NCBI GenBank assembly: GCA_012295275.1
Contig: CM022678.1
Location: 16,182,001-16,246,000 of the forward strand
DNA length: 64,000 bases
Source of the DNA: Chrysomallon squamiferum
Lineage: Eukaryota; Animalia; Mollusca
Reading direction: 5' to 3'
Shown here: positions 51,001 to 64,000 of the stretch, one piece after another
Position numbering within the stretch: the stretch's first letter is position 1
Layout of the letters: every line of letters starts with the position of its first letter
The notes under the pieces: generated by a model
Seen by the model: only the letters and a program-made list of their open reading frames with translations
Told to the model about the DNA's origin: nothing
The model's database searches: none
Translations under genes and position numbers: made by a program

Positions 51001-54000
51001 CCCTTACCTAGGGTTACAATATTGTAAAACGTGCATAGTGAAATAATTTATTTACCTGGACATTGTTAATTATCTTTCTTGTAATAATTAGAAAAATTAA
51101 ATAATAAAGAAAGAAAAAATAAGACAGCAGTAGTAACAAAGAGAGTGCCTTAAAACTAATTTTAATATGAATAATAATTTCTTGAGGATAGTATAACAGT
51201 GAAAATCAGTTTCAAGTGTCTTCAGTTTACGTATCTTACGTAGATAAGAAATGAATATTTATCCAGATCGAAATTACTTTAAAACCTACAGATTCATACT
51301 TACCTTCTTCATCGAAAAGATAGAGTGAATGTTCTGAAATTAGATATGTGCTATTATTAATTTTGTGTTTATTTATATTTTTGTTTATACTTAACATACA
51401 AAATTTTCTCTTGTGATATTACCAGATTATAAACTGTATCGTTCTGTTAATTATCACATTGACAAGTTACACAAATGTGTATTTATCGAAGTTTGTTTGT
51501 TGTTTAACGTGTAATGAGTGTTTCATTATGTTTATTGCTTATATTAAATTTAGTTCTATCACAACTGTAATAATACTTTTCACACAAGATAAACGAATAT
51601 ATTTTAATCTAAAGCCATTCAGTTCGTTCAGTTTAAAAACTATTTTGTCGATAGATATAACAATGTCAAAAAGCATAAATTACGAAATAATAAAGACGGA
51701 AGTAGATAAAATAACTGAAAACAACTAATTTCAAAAATGAACAGAAAAGAAGAGTAAGTTGATGAACTACAATGAATTCATTAAAAAAAGATACAAAAAC
51801 AACAACAAAAAAAAAAAAAAAAAAAAAACACACAAATAACGACAAAAAACAAAGAAAAACAATAATAATAATAATAATAATAGTACTTTAAATGACGTAG
51901 TTTTTTTATAATTACTATAATGCCTTTCCTCCACAGAAAATTGCATTTGCGCTAATCTGGCCAATGAAGAAATACAATAGTCTGTGTCAAATCACAGAAG
52001 CATAAAACTCTGATAGCACATACCTTTTTATAAAAACAAGGTCAAATATTAAGGGGAAAAAATAACGTTCCAGAACTAAACAAGAAGATAAAAGTGAATT
52101 TTCTTTATTTGACACTAAATACTAGAAAAATAAATGAATTTTAATTATGTGCTTTCTGGTTCGATACAAATTACTTAAAATCAAAAACAATAATTGCACG
52201 ATTTAGTTCTGCCTGCCCGAGCTTTCAATAAAAGTTTTATTAATGGCAATTCGCCGAGTTTCAAATCTCTTCAGACTACCTCTCTTCCTGCAGGACGTAT
52301 ATAAAAACAATGAATATTTCTCCAGATGAACATTATTTTAAAACCTACCTTTACGATTACGCTTGCCTGATCGTCAGGATTCTTAATTTTATGTTTATTA
52401 ATGTGTCTTTTTATACATAATAACTACATTTTTCCTTAGGAATTGTCTGTTTCTGTTAACTGTCAAAATGAAATGTTCTAAGTAATATTTATTCTTCTTT
52501 ATTGTTTATACTTAATAAACTAAATTATTTCAATGATAATACCGGATTATATATTAATTATCACGTTGACGGATTTTAACTAATATTTAATTAACTAAGC
52601 TGGTTTCTTGTTTAAAGTGTAATGAGTACGTCACAATGTTTATAGTTTATACAAAGTTATTACATTTGTAATAATTATATTTTTCACACGATAAACGAAT
52701 ATATTTTAATCTAAAGGCATTTTTAATTGTTAATATTTTTGTGCCATAATAATTTATGAAGCTTTTGCTTACTAAATGGCTTGTTATGTTGGAAGATCGA
52801 ATTATTAATTGTCTGTTTCTGTTAACTGTCAAGATGACAGGTTCTAATTGATATTTCTTCATGTTTATTGTTTATACTTAATATACTAAATTTTTTGTTA
52901 CGACAGTACCGGATTATAAACTGTCTCTTTCTTTTAATCAACACATTGACGAGTTTTGACTAATGATTATTTATCTAAGCTGGTTTGTTTAAAATGTAAT
53001 GAGTATTTGATTATGTTGATTGTTTATACTAAATTTTGTTCTATCACAATAGCTATGTTTTTCATAGCAGATACCTTTTTCTAAAAAACATGGAAGCAAA
53101 CAATTAAAAAGGAAAAAAATTATACAACCAAAACGTTGGAGAATTAACAAGAAGATAAAAATTAATTTTCTTTATTTGACCTTAGAGATGACAACTACAC
53201 TGCTTTGGACTATGCTGATTTACTAAATAAATGTAATGAAATCAAGTCAGAAGTGCTGATCAAGTAACGGAAGTGCAGTTGTTATATTTTTTGGTGCCAT
53301 AATAATTTATGAAACTTTCGCTTATCAAACTGCTTATTGCGTTGGTAGATCGGATTATAAAATGTTTCCTTAAGATAGTAGCGGATTATAAACTGTCTGT
53401 TTCTGTTAATTATCACGTTGACGGATTTTAACTGATGTCTAATTATCTAAGCTAGTTTCTTGTTTAAAGTGTAATGAGTATTTCATTAAGATTATTGATT
53501 ATACTATATTTTGTGCTATTACAATAGTAATAGTGATAGCAGATACCTATGTATAAAAACAAGGAACTAAAAAATTGAAAATGATAAAATTATAAAGCAA
53601 AAACGTTTGAGAACTGAACAAGAAGGTACAAATTAATTTTCTTTATTTGACACTAATACTAGAAAAATAAATGAATTTTGGTCATGTGCTTTCTGGTTCG
53701 ATAAAAATTACTTAAAACCAAAAAATATAATTTCACGGTTTAGTTCTGCCTGCACGAGCTTTTTATAAAAGTTTCATTAATGGCGACTTCGCCGACTTTC
53801 AAATATCTTCAGTCTACCTCTCTTCCTGCAGGATGTACAAAGAAACATGAATATTTCTCCAGATCGAAATTATTTTAAAACCTACCTTGCCATTCAGGAT
53901 TGGGTGATCGTCGGGCAACTTGTTCTTCAGCAAAATAGGGCGGGTCACCTGAAATTAAACGTTTATTATTATTATTATTATTGTTGCTGTTGTTGTTGTT

Positions 54001-54965
54001 GTTCTTGTTGTTGTTATTATTATTATCATTATTATTATTATTATTATTATTGTTGTTGTTGTTGTTATCATTATTATTAATTTTGTGTTTATTTATGTTT
54101 ATTGTTTATACTTTTATGTTTCTTTTCATACATAATAACTACATTTTTCCTTTAAATTGTCTGTTTCTGTTAACTGTCAAAATGACAGGTTCTAAGTAAT
54201 ATTTATTCATGTTTGTTGTTTATACTTTATAAACTAAATCTTTTCTATGACAGTACCGGCTTATAAATTGTATATTAATTATCACGTTGACGGATTTTAA
54301 CTAATAATTAATTTACTAAGCTGGTTTCGTGTTTAAAGTGTAATGAGTACTTCATTATGTTTATTGTTTATACAAACTTATTACAATTATAGTAACTATT
54401 CTTTTCACACAGGATAAAGGAATATATTTTAATCTAAAGGCATTCACTACATTTAGTTTAAAAATCATTTTACGATGGATCTAATAAACGTAAATTAATA
54501 AATAATGAAAGCGGAAGTAGATGAAATAAAGGAAAACAACTAAATTAAAAACGAATCGAAAAGAAAAGTAAAAAGGTTAAGAAAAAAGTAAAGAAAAAAG
54601 AAAAAAAAAACGTTTGAGAACAAACCATGAAGATAAAAAGGAATTTTATTTATTTAACTAATACTAGAAAAATAAATGAATTTTGATTATGTGCTTTGTA
54701 GTTCGATATATATTACTTAAAACCAAAAACAATAATTTAACGATTTAGTTCTGCCTCCCCTAGCTTTTAGTAAACGTTTTATTAATGGCGACTTCGCCGA
54801 GTTTCAAATATCTTCAGACTAACTCTCTTCCTGCAGGATGTATAAAAAAAATTGATATTTCTCCAGATGAAAATTATTTTTAAACCTACCTTTACGTTTG
54901 GGCTTGCGTGATCGTCGGGAAACTGGTCGTGTAGCAGAATAGGGCGGGTCATCTGAAATTAAACG

Positions 54966-55004
<39 letters not shown>

Positions 55005-57162
55005 TTTGTGTTTATTTATGTTTATTGTTTATATTTAATATCACTAAATTTTTCCTTATGACAGTACCGGGTTATAAATTGTCTGTTTCTGTTAAATGTC
55101 ACGTTGACGAGTTTTGACTAATGTTTATTTATCTAAGTTGGTTTGTTATTGAATGAAATTGTAATCAGTGTTTCATTATATTTATTGTTTATGCAAACTT
55201 TTGCTCTCTGAAATAGTGAGTTACATTTTTCATTGCAGACAGCTTTTTTAAAAACAAACAAGGACGTTAAAAATTTAGGACGTATACAAATTCTTTTGTC
55301 GATAGATGTATCAATGATAAAATGTGTAAATTACGGAATTATGAAGACGGACGCAGATAAAATAAATGAAAACAACTAATTTCAAAGCAGATACCTTTAT
55401 ATAAAAGCAAGGAAGTAAAACAGTTAAGAAAAAAAGAACGTTCGAGAACAAAAAAAAAAAAGATAAAAATGAATTTTCTTTATTTGACACTAAATACTAG
55501 AAAAATAAATGAATTCTAATTATATGCTTTCTGGTTCGATAAAAATTACTTAAAACCATAACCTAGAATTTCACGATTAATTCTGCCTGCCCGAGCATTT
55601 AATAAAGGTTTTATTAATAGCGATTTCACCAAATTTCAAGTGTCTTCAGTTTACGTATCTTAGGTAGATAAAAAGTGAATATTTATCGAGATTACTTTAA
55701 ACCTACCTATTATAGATTCATACTTACCTTTTTCATCCGCCATTTTGCATTCAATATCTGAAATTAAACATGTACTATTAGTATTATTAATTTTGTGTTT
55801 ATTTATATTTTTTATTATATTTAATATATAAAAAAAATTCTTGTGATAGTACCAGATTATAAACTGTCTCGTTCTGTTAATTATCACATTACAAGTTTTC
55901 ACAAATGTTTATTTATCTACGTTGGTTTGATCTTTATCTTGTAATGAGAGTTTCATTATTTTTATTGGTTACACAAAATTTTGTATCACAATTGTAATAA
56001 CTATGCTTTTCACAAGGAATATATTCTAATCTAAAGGCATTCGCTACGTTCAGTTTAAAAATTATTTTGTCCATAGATATATCAATGTCAAAAAGCATAA
56101 ATTACGAAATAATGAAGACGGAAGTAGATGAAAAGAACTAATTTCAAAAATGAACAAGAAAGAAGAGTAAGTTGATGAACTACGATGAATTCATTTACAA
56201 AAACATACAAAAAACAAAAAAAAACAAAAAACAAAACAAAGGAGAAACAACAACAAGAATAATTATAACAATTTAAATTATTCTTATAATTAGTACGATG
56301 CCTTTGCTCCACAGAAAATTTCACTTGCGCTAATCTGGCCCCACGAACAAATACAATAGGCTGTGTCAACTCACAGAAGCATAAAACTTTGATAGCACAT
56401 ACTTTTTTATAAAAACAAGGAGGTCAAATATTAAAAGGAAAAAAAATAACGTTCGAGAAATAAACAAGAAGATAAAAGTGAATTTTCTTTTTTGACACTA
56501 AATACTAAAAATATAATTGAATTTTAATTTATGTGCTTTCTGGTTTCATAAATATTACTTAAAACCATATACAATAATTTCACAGAGCTTTTAATAAAAG
56601 CCTTATTAATGGAGACTTCGCCGAGTTTCAAGTATCTTCTGATTACATCTCTTCCTGCAGGATGTATATAAAAAGTGAATATTTCTCCAGATCAAAGTTA
56701 TTTTAAATCCTACCTCTAAATTTATGCTTGTGTCGGGAAAGTGGTCCTGTAGCAAAATAAGGTGGATCATCTGAAATAGAACATTTATTATTATTAATTT
56801 TGTGTTTATTTATATTTATTGTTTATATTTAATGACAGTACCAGATTATAAATTGTCTCTTTCTGTTAATTATCACGTTGACTAGTTTTGACTAATATTT
56901 ATTTATCTAAGTTTGTTTGTTGTTTAAGGTGTAAAGAGTATTTCAGTATATTTATTGTTTATACTAAATTTTGCACTATCACAATAGCTCTATTTTTAGA
57001 TAACGTTTCATAAAAACAAAGAAGTAAAAAACTGATCCAAAAAGGGGATTGTAATGTTACCCAGTGAATACACCACTACAGATAACTAAATTTGTATCAG
57101 TAGTTTGAAAGCATCAATTTTTTTTTAACTTTTTTTTTTAAATTGTTGTTTGTATATTTCAG

Positions 57163-57345
57163 ATACTTCATTCCGAAAGGCTACGGGAAAAGGCACTGAG
57201 GCCATGGCTTATTGCAAGCAAGGATGGTGTGTTGAAGGGAGCTCTCTCCAACTGTATGGCTGCGGCCACATCAGCTGCAGGTTTAAAAAGGAAATTAGAT
57301 GACAACGAATCAAACACTTCAACCATCTCCAGCTGCATCCACCAT
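57163..57345 (+). pseudogene. Decayed SWIM-domain fragment, copy 2
   Basis: After TTTCAG: ILHSERLREKALRPWLIASKDGVLKGALSNCMA. Confidence 0.65.
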
Positions 57346-57781
57346 CTCAATGGCAACGGGACAATCAGCTTTCATTGTATGCGTTAGTGGTGATGGTACA
57401 CTAGCTGTCTTCGTAGAGGTTGGTCGTGGATCATCTGAAATTAAACATTGATTCTATTATCATTAATTTTGCGTTTATTTGTGTGTTCTGTTTATATTTA
57501 TACAACATGTTTCCTTACGACAGTACCTGATTATAAACTGTCTATTTCTGTTAATTATCACGTTGACGAGTTTAGACTAATATTTATTTATCTAGGTTGG
57601 TTTGTTGTTTAAAGTGTAAAGAGTGTTTCAGTATATACACTTCCAAGCAAAAGTTATAAACAAAATGTTTTAAAACTAAGCAAGAAGATCAAAAAGGGGA
57701 CTGTAATGTTACAGTGAACTCCCCAGGACAAATAGCTAAACGTCAGTCTGTAGATTGATTTCCTTATTTGTATACTTCAGT

Positions 57782-58375
57782 GTACTTCATTCCCAAAGGT
57801 TACAGGAAAAGCCACCGAGGCCATGGCTTACTGCAAGCAAGGATGGTGTGGTGAAGGGAGCTCACTTCAACTGTATAGCCCTGGCCATCACATCAGCTGA
57901 AGGTTTAAAAAGGAAATTAGATGACAGATTTTCTAATGTGCATATGATTATGAATCAAAGACTACAACCATCTCCAGTAGCATCCACCTTCTCAAAGTCA
58001 AAGGGACACTCTTTTCAGAAACTTACATTTGACAGGTACAAAGCCAGTTCTGTTAGTCACCATCAAACGATACACATTATTATATTTCTAAATGTGTCAC
58101 AAAAGCCTTTCCTGTAATTGAGAGATGACAATTACATTGCTTTGGACTATGCTGATTTACTAAATGAATATAGTGAAATAAGTGCTGATCAAGTAATGGA
58201 AGTGGAGTTCACAATGAGCCATAATGAAAGCATGGTATAAATTTCGACAAGGCAGGATCGAAATCAAAGGCCGCTTGCAATAAAGATCCATCTAAACCTT
58301 CACAGAGTTTAATAAAGGAAATCTGTTACACAGAAGAAAAAAAGTTTCATCTTCAGATCCAAACATGACACCCGG
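57782..58375 (+). pseudogene. Decayed SWIM / YqaJ fragment, copy 3
   Basis: VLHSQRLQEKPPRPWLTASKDGVVKGAHFNCIA (ORF 57755-58117), then AWYKFRQGRI / KAACNKDPSKPSQSLIKEICYTEEK near 58230-58345. Confidence 0.72.
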
Positions 58376-58563
58376 GCCTTTCCAAATATACCTTGTAGAT
58401 TTAGATATACTGTAACTGCATCGACCTTCACAGCCCTCTCTACTTTTCCACATATCCAGTCAGGATTGTCTTTCTCGAGTAAGTCTTCTCTTGATTCTGA
58501 CAGTGTACAGCAATTTATTTAAATATGTCTAATAAAATATAGGATTAATGATAAAAGGAATTA

Positions 58564-59451
58564 CCGTATATACTTGTGTACAAGGCGACCTTATGTATAA
58601 GTCGATGTGTATTTTAAGACCAAAAATTGCGTCATTTTAGGTATTACATGTGTATAAGTCGACTGTAGATTCCAGGCACCGACACTATTTTTAGACCAGT
58701 GTGACAGTGCCATGAAGGCCTACATTGTAGGCCTGCTGTAACATAACTTGCACGAGCTGTAACTTGCACGTGCAATTCAAAGTAAGATAATTTCGGAACC
58801 TCAGCAATATTTTTTTCTATCGAAACTCTGCTACAAGACACGCCCCCGATCCTATTCCTAGCGCGCTAATTGGCCGAGGCTTCGCGCACTTGGCAACCGA
58901 CTAGAATAACAAATATGGTGAGAAGTTGAACTGATTTTTGTTGCAGAACGTTTATAGAAATTTAGTTTGTTTTCGATTTGTCGGTAGTGGATATTAATGA
59001 CGATTGCAATATTATTTCACCAAATTCTTTACAATTACACAAGTGAGTTTTGTTTATGAAATTAGGACCGATATTTAGTGCAATTTGGTAGAGAAGTCTG
59101 CATTCCTAGATCATTGCAAGACGCCGTAAGGCATAACCGTTATGATAACGCCGTACTGACGGTTTTCTCGCTTTAAAATGTATTTTTATGTCATTAAACG
59201 GAAGAATATCATGTTTTACATTCATATTTGGTTTTGTTATTTAATTTTTCCAAATTTTTTATACGATAAATTATATTTTTGAAAAGCTGAAAGACCGCGA
59301 TTATTTTAGATGCATCCCGTAGCAAAAAATAGTCAAAATGGCGACTCTTGAGCAACAGCTACAAAAGCATTACCTATGTATAAATCGCCCCCCCAAAATA
59401 TTACCTCAATATAGTCTCCCAAAAATTCGACTTATACACAAGTATATACGG
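58564..59451. mobile_element. Tc2/pogo-type (Tc1-mariner superfamily) MITE, 888 bp
   Basis: TA duplication both sides; TIRs CCGTATATACTTGTGTACAAGGCGA vs CCGTATATACTTGTGTATAAGTCGA (23/25); no transposase ORF. Confidence 0.9.
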
Positions 59452-60082
59452 TAAGAAATTTACGTATGTCAAAATATGTGATGTTGAACTAGTATTTAAT
59501 GTTTTTTTGTTGTTGGTTTTTTGTCATTCAGATAATTTAGTATCGAAATTACTTTAACACCTACCTTTAGGTCGTTCGTTTTTTGCATCTTCTTCCATAG
59601 TTTTCTATCAATAACCTGTTTAGTCCAGTGAATGGGCCGGTTCCGCAATGCGGTTATTTCGAGTTATGTCCCTTGAATTGTCGTTAGATGCCGCTGCGCA
59701 AAGGGGAGTAAAAACCCAGATCGGCTATGCTAAAGAGAAGCTAGCGAACATTTCCATTGTTGTCATTAGCAAAAACTGTATGATCAAGTATTTGCTATTG
59801 TTTTTCCTTTTCAGTGTGTAATAACCAGTAGACGTATCGACTCCGAATAAAAAAAACACTCTTTATTTATTTATTTATTTATTTATTGTCACATGCATTG
59901 TCATGCCAAAAACAAAAAAGGTATAATAATAATAAGAAGAACAAGAAGAAGAAGAAAATAAGAAAAATAAGAAAATAAATAAATAAGAAATGAAAAAAAG
60001 TAACACTACGGGTTTTTTGGCTAAACTTTATTTACTTTGCTTTAGTTTTTTTTTTTTTTTTCTTTTGAAAAATCCAACTATC

Positions 60083-60113
<31 letters not shown>

Positions 60114-63100
60114 ATTTTTATTATTATTATTATTTTATCATTCCATATATAGTTCAATTTTATTTGAAAATTTATTAAGTTGGTTTGAATAAACAGAACT
60201 GAATTTTTAAGCTATTTGTAGTTAAGAAAGAATTTTGATTATTATTTTCTAAACAATAAAATCTTAAAATGATCTGTTGTCATTTTTTAAAAATTTTAAT
60301 AATTTAATTTCTTTTTTAATTTTTAAATATTTTTTACTGAGACAAAATGAAAGCACCAAATTTTTGCACACATATATATATATTATTTAAAGGAAATAAC
60401 TTAAACAAATAATTAGTTTCTTTTTGGCATGATGGATCCTATTAAAGGCAATAAACAGCTGCCACCCACATTCAACAATTTTTCTGTCAGTGAAGGTAAA
60501 CATTTCACAAGACATTCTCTCTGGAAGTCTGTGAAAGTTCAATGCATTTCCTTTAGAATTTGTGCAAGAAAGACTCAATAGTTAAAAATAAATAAATAAA
60601 TAAGATAATTTGTAATTTAAATGTTTTTTTGGTTGCTGAGTTTTTTTTTAAACTGACCTTTGCAAGGACAAAAGACAAACATTTATTTAAAAATGTGTTG
60701 TTTTTTTTATAAATTTTGCTGCTTCCTGAAGAGCATCAGTTATGTCTCAGATCATCAGCAGAAAAATTCAAATATGGTGTACAAATTAAATGAACTGTCA
60801 CACTTGTGATTTGTTGAGAATATAATAAATTATGTAATATTTGTATTGTGGTTTTTTTTTTTCTATTTACAATTATGTAGGCTTTGCTATACATTTTGTC
60901 ACCCATATCAAGACACTTTGTAATAAAAGTAAATAAATACTGTTTGCATTACTTTTTTCTAATACCTTGAACATCAAAGGCCATTTGTGCAAATCATAGT
61001 CAACCTAGATTTAACTTAATTCCACTTTTTTTTTTATTCATTATTATTTAAAAAAAAAAAATTAAATAGAAAATAATAATAATAATAATATCTTACTCAG
61101 TGTATTCAGTAATTTATTTAAATACAGCATCTGTCAGATTTAAGCAAGATTATTCTTAAGATTCTGTCTAAATTACAAATATCAATTGATAATTAATATC
61201 AACAATTAATGTCTGGCCTCCAGTTTGTTCTCAAATAATATTAACAATTTGTAATAAGTAAATAAATACCAGTTCTGTAATAAAAACAAGTAAAAAAAAA
61301 AAGATAATAATAATAAATAAATAAATAGAAGAAAAAGGAGCCATTCTGTAATAAAATTTGATTTCCATTTAGTGATATGTAGTAATATATTAAGGTATGC
61401 AACAGACATGGTAGTTGATATACTGGAGTGGAGTTTAGATCACCTGATGAGCTTGGTTTCCATGATCAAACCTCCTCAGTGGACCCGATTACTGATGTAA
61501 CACAACAAAGTAAAGGTCTCTGAAACTCAAACCTCTCAAAATTGTGCACCCAGTAATTTAGAATTTATGTCATGTCACTGAACTGTAATCAGGTCCATCA
61601 ATGAAGTTTAATTGTGTGAACCAAACAGAACAAGTGAGGTAACTCCTACCACAGTATATCAGAATTGGTCTATTTGCAGATGCATAATGCACACCTTAAT
61701 ATATTAATTCAGAATGGTCTGATTTGGTTATAAAATGATAAGAAAATAACACAGAAATTTGTTTTAAAACCATTTATTTTGACATAATTTCACATGAATA
61801 TATAGCTGAAATACAGAATATATATTTAATAAATGGAAGTTATCAGTGAAGTTATAACTTTGTATTTACATGGAAAATATTGCATCATAAATATATTGTG
61901 ACAAACAGTTGGCTTGTTTTTTTTTCTTTCTTTTATTGTATGTAACAGGGTATAAACAAATTTTCAATATTATTGTTATTATTATTATGAATGTTCCCTC
62001 TAAACTCTTAGTTACTCTGTCAGCAGATAATTTAGTTTTTTTATACAGTCCTTTGATGATGAATAACACAAGGGTATGAAAACAATATGTAGTTAAATTA
62101 GAAATAAAAAAGTCAGTTATTTTTGATGAACTGTCTGTGCTAATAATGAGGTCATCTGTAATTCATAATGATCTTCAGTTATCTGCTACACAGACTGAAC
62201 AGTCTCAATCTGAAATATATGACAATTTCCAGCATTAAAAGACTTTTATATATATTCATATCTTATCATTCTTTAAAGTATCAGCATACTGAAAAACACA
62301 ACACATCATCACAATGAACTTTTGCTTCTTCAAGCAGTTTACAATATCTAAAATGTGTTCCAGAAAACCCCTCAAAACCCCCCAAAAAAACAAAAACAAA
62401 ACAACAAAATAATAGAAATAAGAATTTCTTCAAAAGCAAACAAGACTATGAAACAAAATAATAATTAAGTGCATTTTAAAGAACTCAAATCAAATAAATA
62501 AATAAATAAAATGTAAAAAAAATAATAATAAATTAAAAAAATAAATAAATAAACAAACCAAAATAGCTCCTCATTGGAGGTTATTGTAGTCAGAAAAACT
62601 TAACAGTGGTGTAAATTTAAACAATTCTAAAATATAACTGATCATTTCTGGCATTCTCATCCTAGCTTACTCAGTTTAACATGTAATGCCATGCTTTTTG
62701 AACAGAATTATGAAACAAAGCAGTGAATAATTTGAATACTTGTAACCTACTTACAAATGTTTCATGTTATTCAACAAACAAAATAATTAAAATCAATGTG
62801 GTTGTTTAGTTGTTGTCACTATTTCACTAGATCCTTCATTAACATTAAAGAATTTCAGATAAAATGCAAAGTATTTTGAATTGCTTTAGGAAATGGAAAC
62901 ATCATATATTAATGATTTAACAGACAAAAATATATAAAGTATAATGCAAGATGCTTTTAATTTTGTATTATTTGAAATACATCTAATTATAAACTTCCAG
63001 AAAAACAATGAATCTAATCAATGGGTACTTTAATTTTTTTGTTAAATTGTAAAATTATGCCTTTGTTACTAATAATTAGCTAATTGCACAGAACTGTTTG

Positions 63101-63233
63101 TTTCAACAAATTATGCTTAGCTATCATGACACTCAAGAGTTAAATAATGGTTTTTTTCATTTTCTACCTTGAGAGGCCCATAAAAAAAGAACTTCAGATA
63201 TATCACTACAGACTATATTAGAAAATACATTTA

Positions 63234-63271
<38 letters not shown>

Positions 63272-64000
63272 TAATAATAATAATTACAAAAATGAAATGC
63301 ATGTCACCATGTAATTCCCTGCTGGAATCTGATTCATGTGATAATAACTCTTAACTTTTACAACTAACTATTTCATTTTAAAAGAAACAGTTTGTTTTCT
63401 GTTAAGACAATGCAGTATTTTCTTTAACAATTTCGTGTCTGTATAAAAATAAGTTTGGATATTTTGGAATATACTTATTAGTTAAAATAGCTTTTGCTAC
63501 AGCACAAACATAAACTCTGCAGCTACTGATATCAGATTGTGTAGGAAAACCTGGCATTTCAGAGTAATTAACAAAAGACCACAGGGTGATATTCAATGGT
63601 TTTCCATAATACATCGTATGTTCAAACATTAAACACCTGAACATATGAAAAATGACTTCATTATTTTTACTCCCAAATGAATCACAGTAGAACTATTATT
63701 GTTCAATGGTGTTTCTTTCATTCAAAGATACAACAACATATTTATAATCAAACCATCTTTTACTTTTACTTTCTGCAATGTGAAATGTCCATCTAGGTTG
63801 ATCTGTATCACCATTAACTAAAATCTTCCGACTGAACCAACCACAATCTACCAGGTGAATAGTTTGATTTTTTTCAGTTGTTTTTGTAGTAGAGACATGA
63901 ATATATTAATGTGGCTACTATTAAGGCAGCAATCATGTTGAAGAATATTGTTTAAGAAATCTGCATTTACTGTTACACCATCAATTTCAGTGCTAACAAA

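Larger units (their letters stand above)
49250..58380. repeat. About 9 kb degenerate macro-array of shuffled 0.8-1.5 kb modules, transposon-derived
   Basis: Module ATGTGCTTTCTGGTTCGATA...GGCGACTTCGCCGAGTTTCAA...CTTCCTGCAGGA recurs near 52147, 53684, 54689, 55522 and 56531, with partial copies near 50030 and 51210; other modules recur 3-7 times. Confidence 0.9.

Noticed and set aside
60300-64000. 3' end of a minus-strand gene (AATAAA on minus strand near 61773-61778)
   Set aside because: UTR-like composition only; no coding exon or splice pattern could be identified.

Overview
AT-rich, microsatellite-dense, intron-rich animal genomic DNA, probably lophotrochozoan/mollusc (inferred from composition and repeat types only). 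The window holds two + strand genes in tandem, both reconstructed by hand from splice sites and reading phase. (1) The 3' part of a C8orf34-like gene: 15 exons, 1-12441, 5' end outside the window. (2) A complete extracellular heparan-sulfate 6-O-endosulfatase gene (Sulf1/Sulf2 family): ATG 25065, stop 41793, 17 exons plus one cassette exon, about 838/870 aa. As I recall, this is the same gene order and orientation as human 8q13. As assembled, the Sulf CDS has two frame breaks (about 29399 and 37183-37219) that cancel in net length. It also has a GC-AG intron, a 96-nt cassette exon duplicating the C-x6-C...HWRTPPxW motif, and two tandem arrays that start exactly at splice donors and copy them. 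From about 45 kb onward the sequence is mostly repeats: SINE fragments, a 47-nt minisatellite, a ~9 kb degenerate macro-array with decayed SWIM/YqaJ (Kolobok-like) coding fragments, and a TA-flanked Tc2/pogo-type MITE. Almost all ORFs in the supplied track are microsatellite artefacts. All homology calls are from recognition of the translated sequence; no searches were run.
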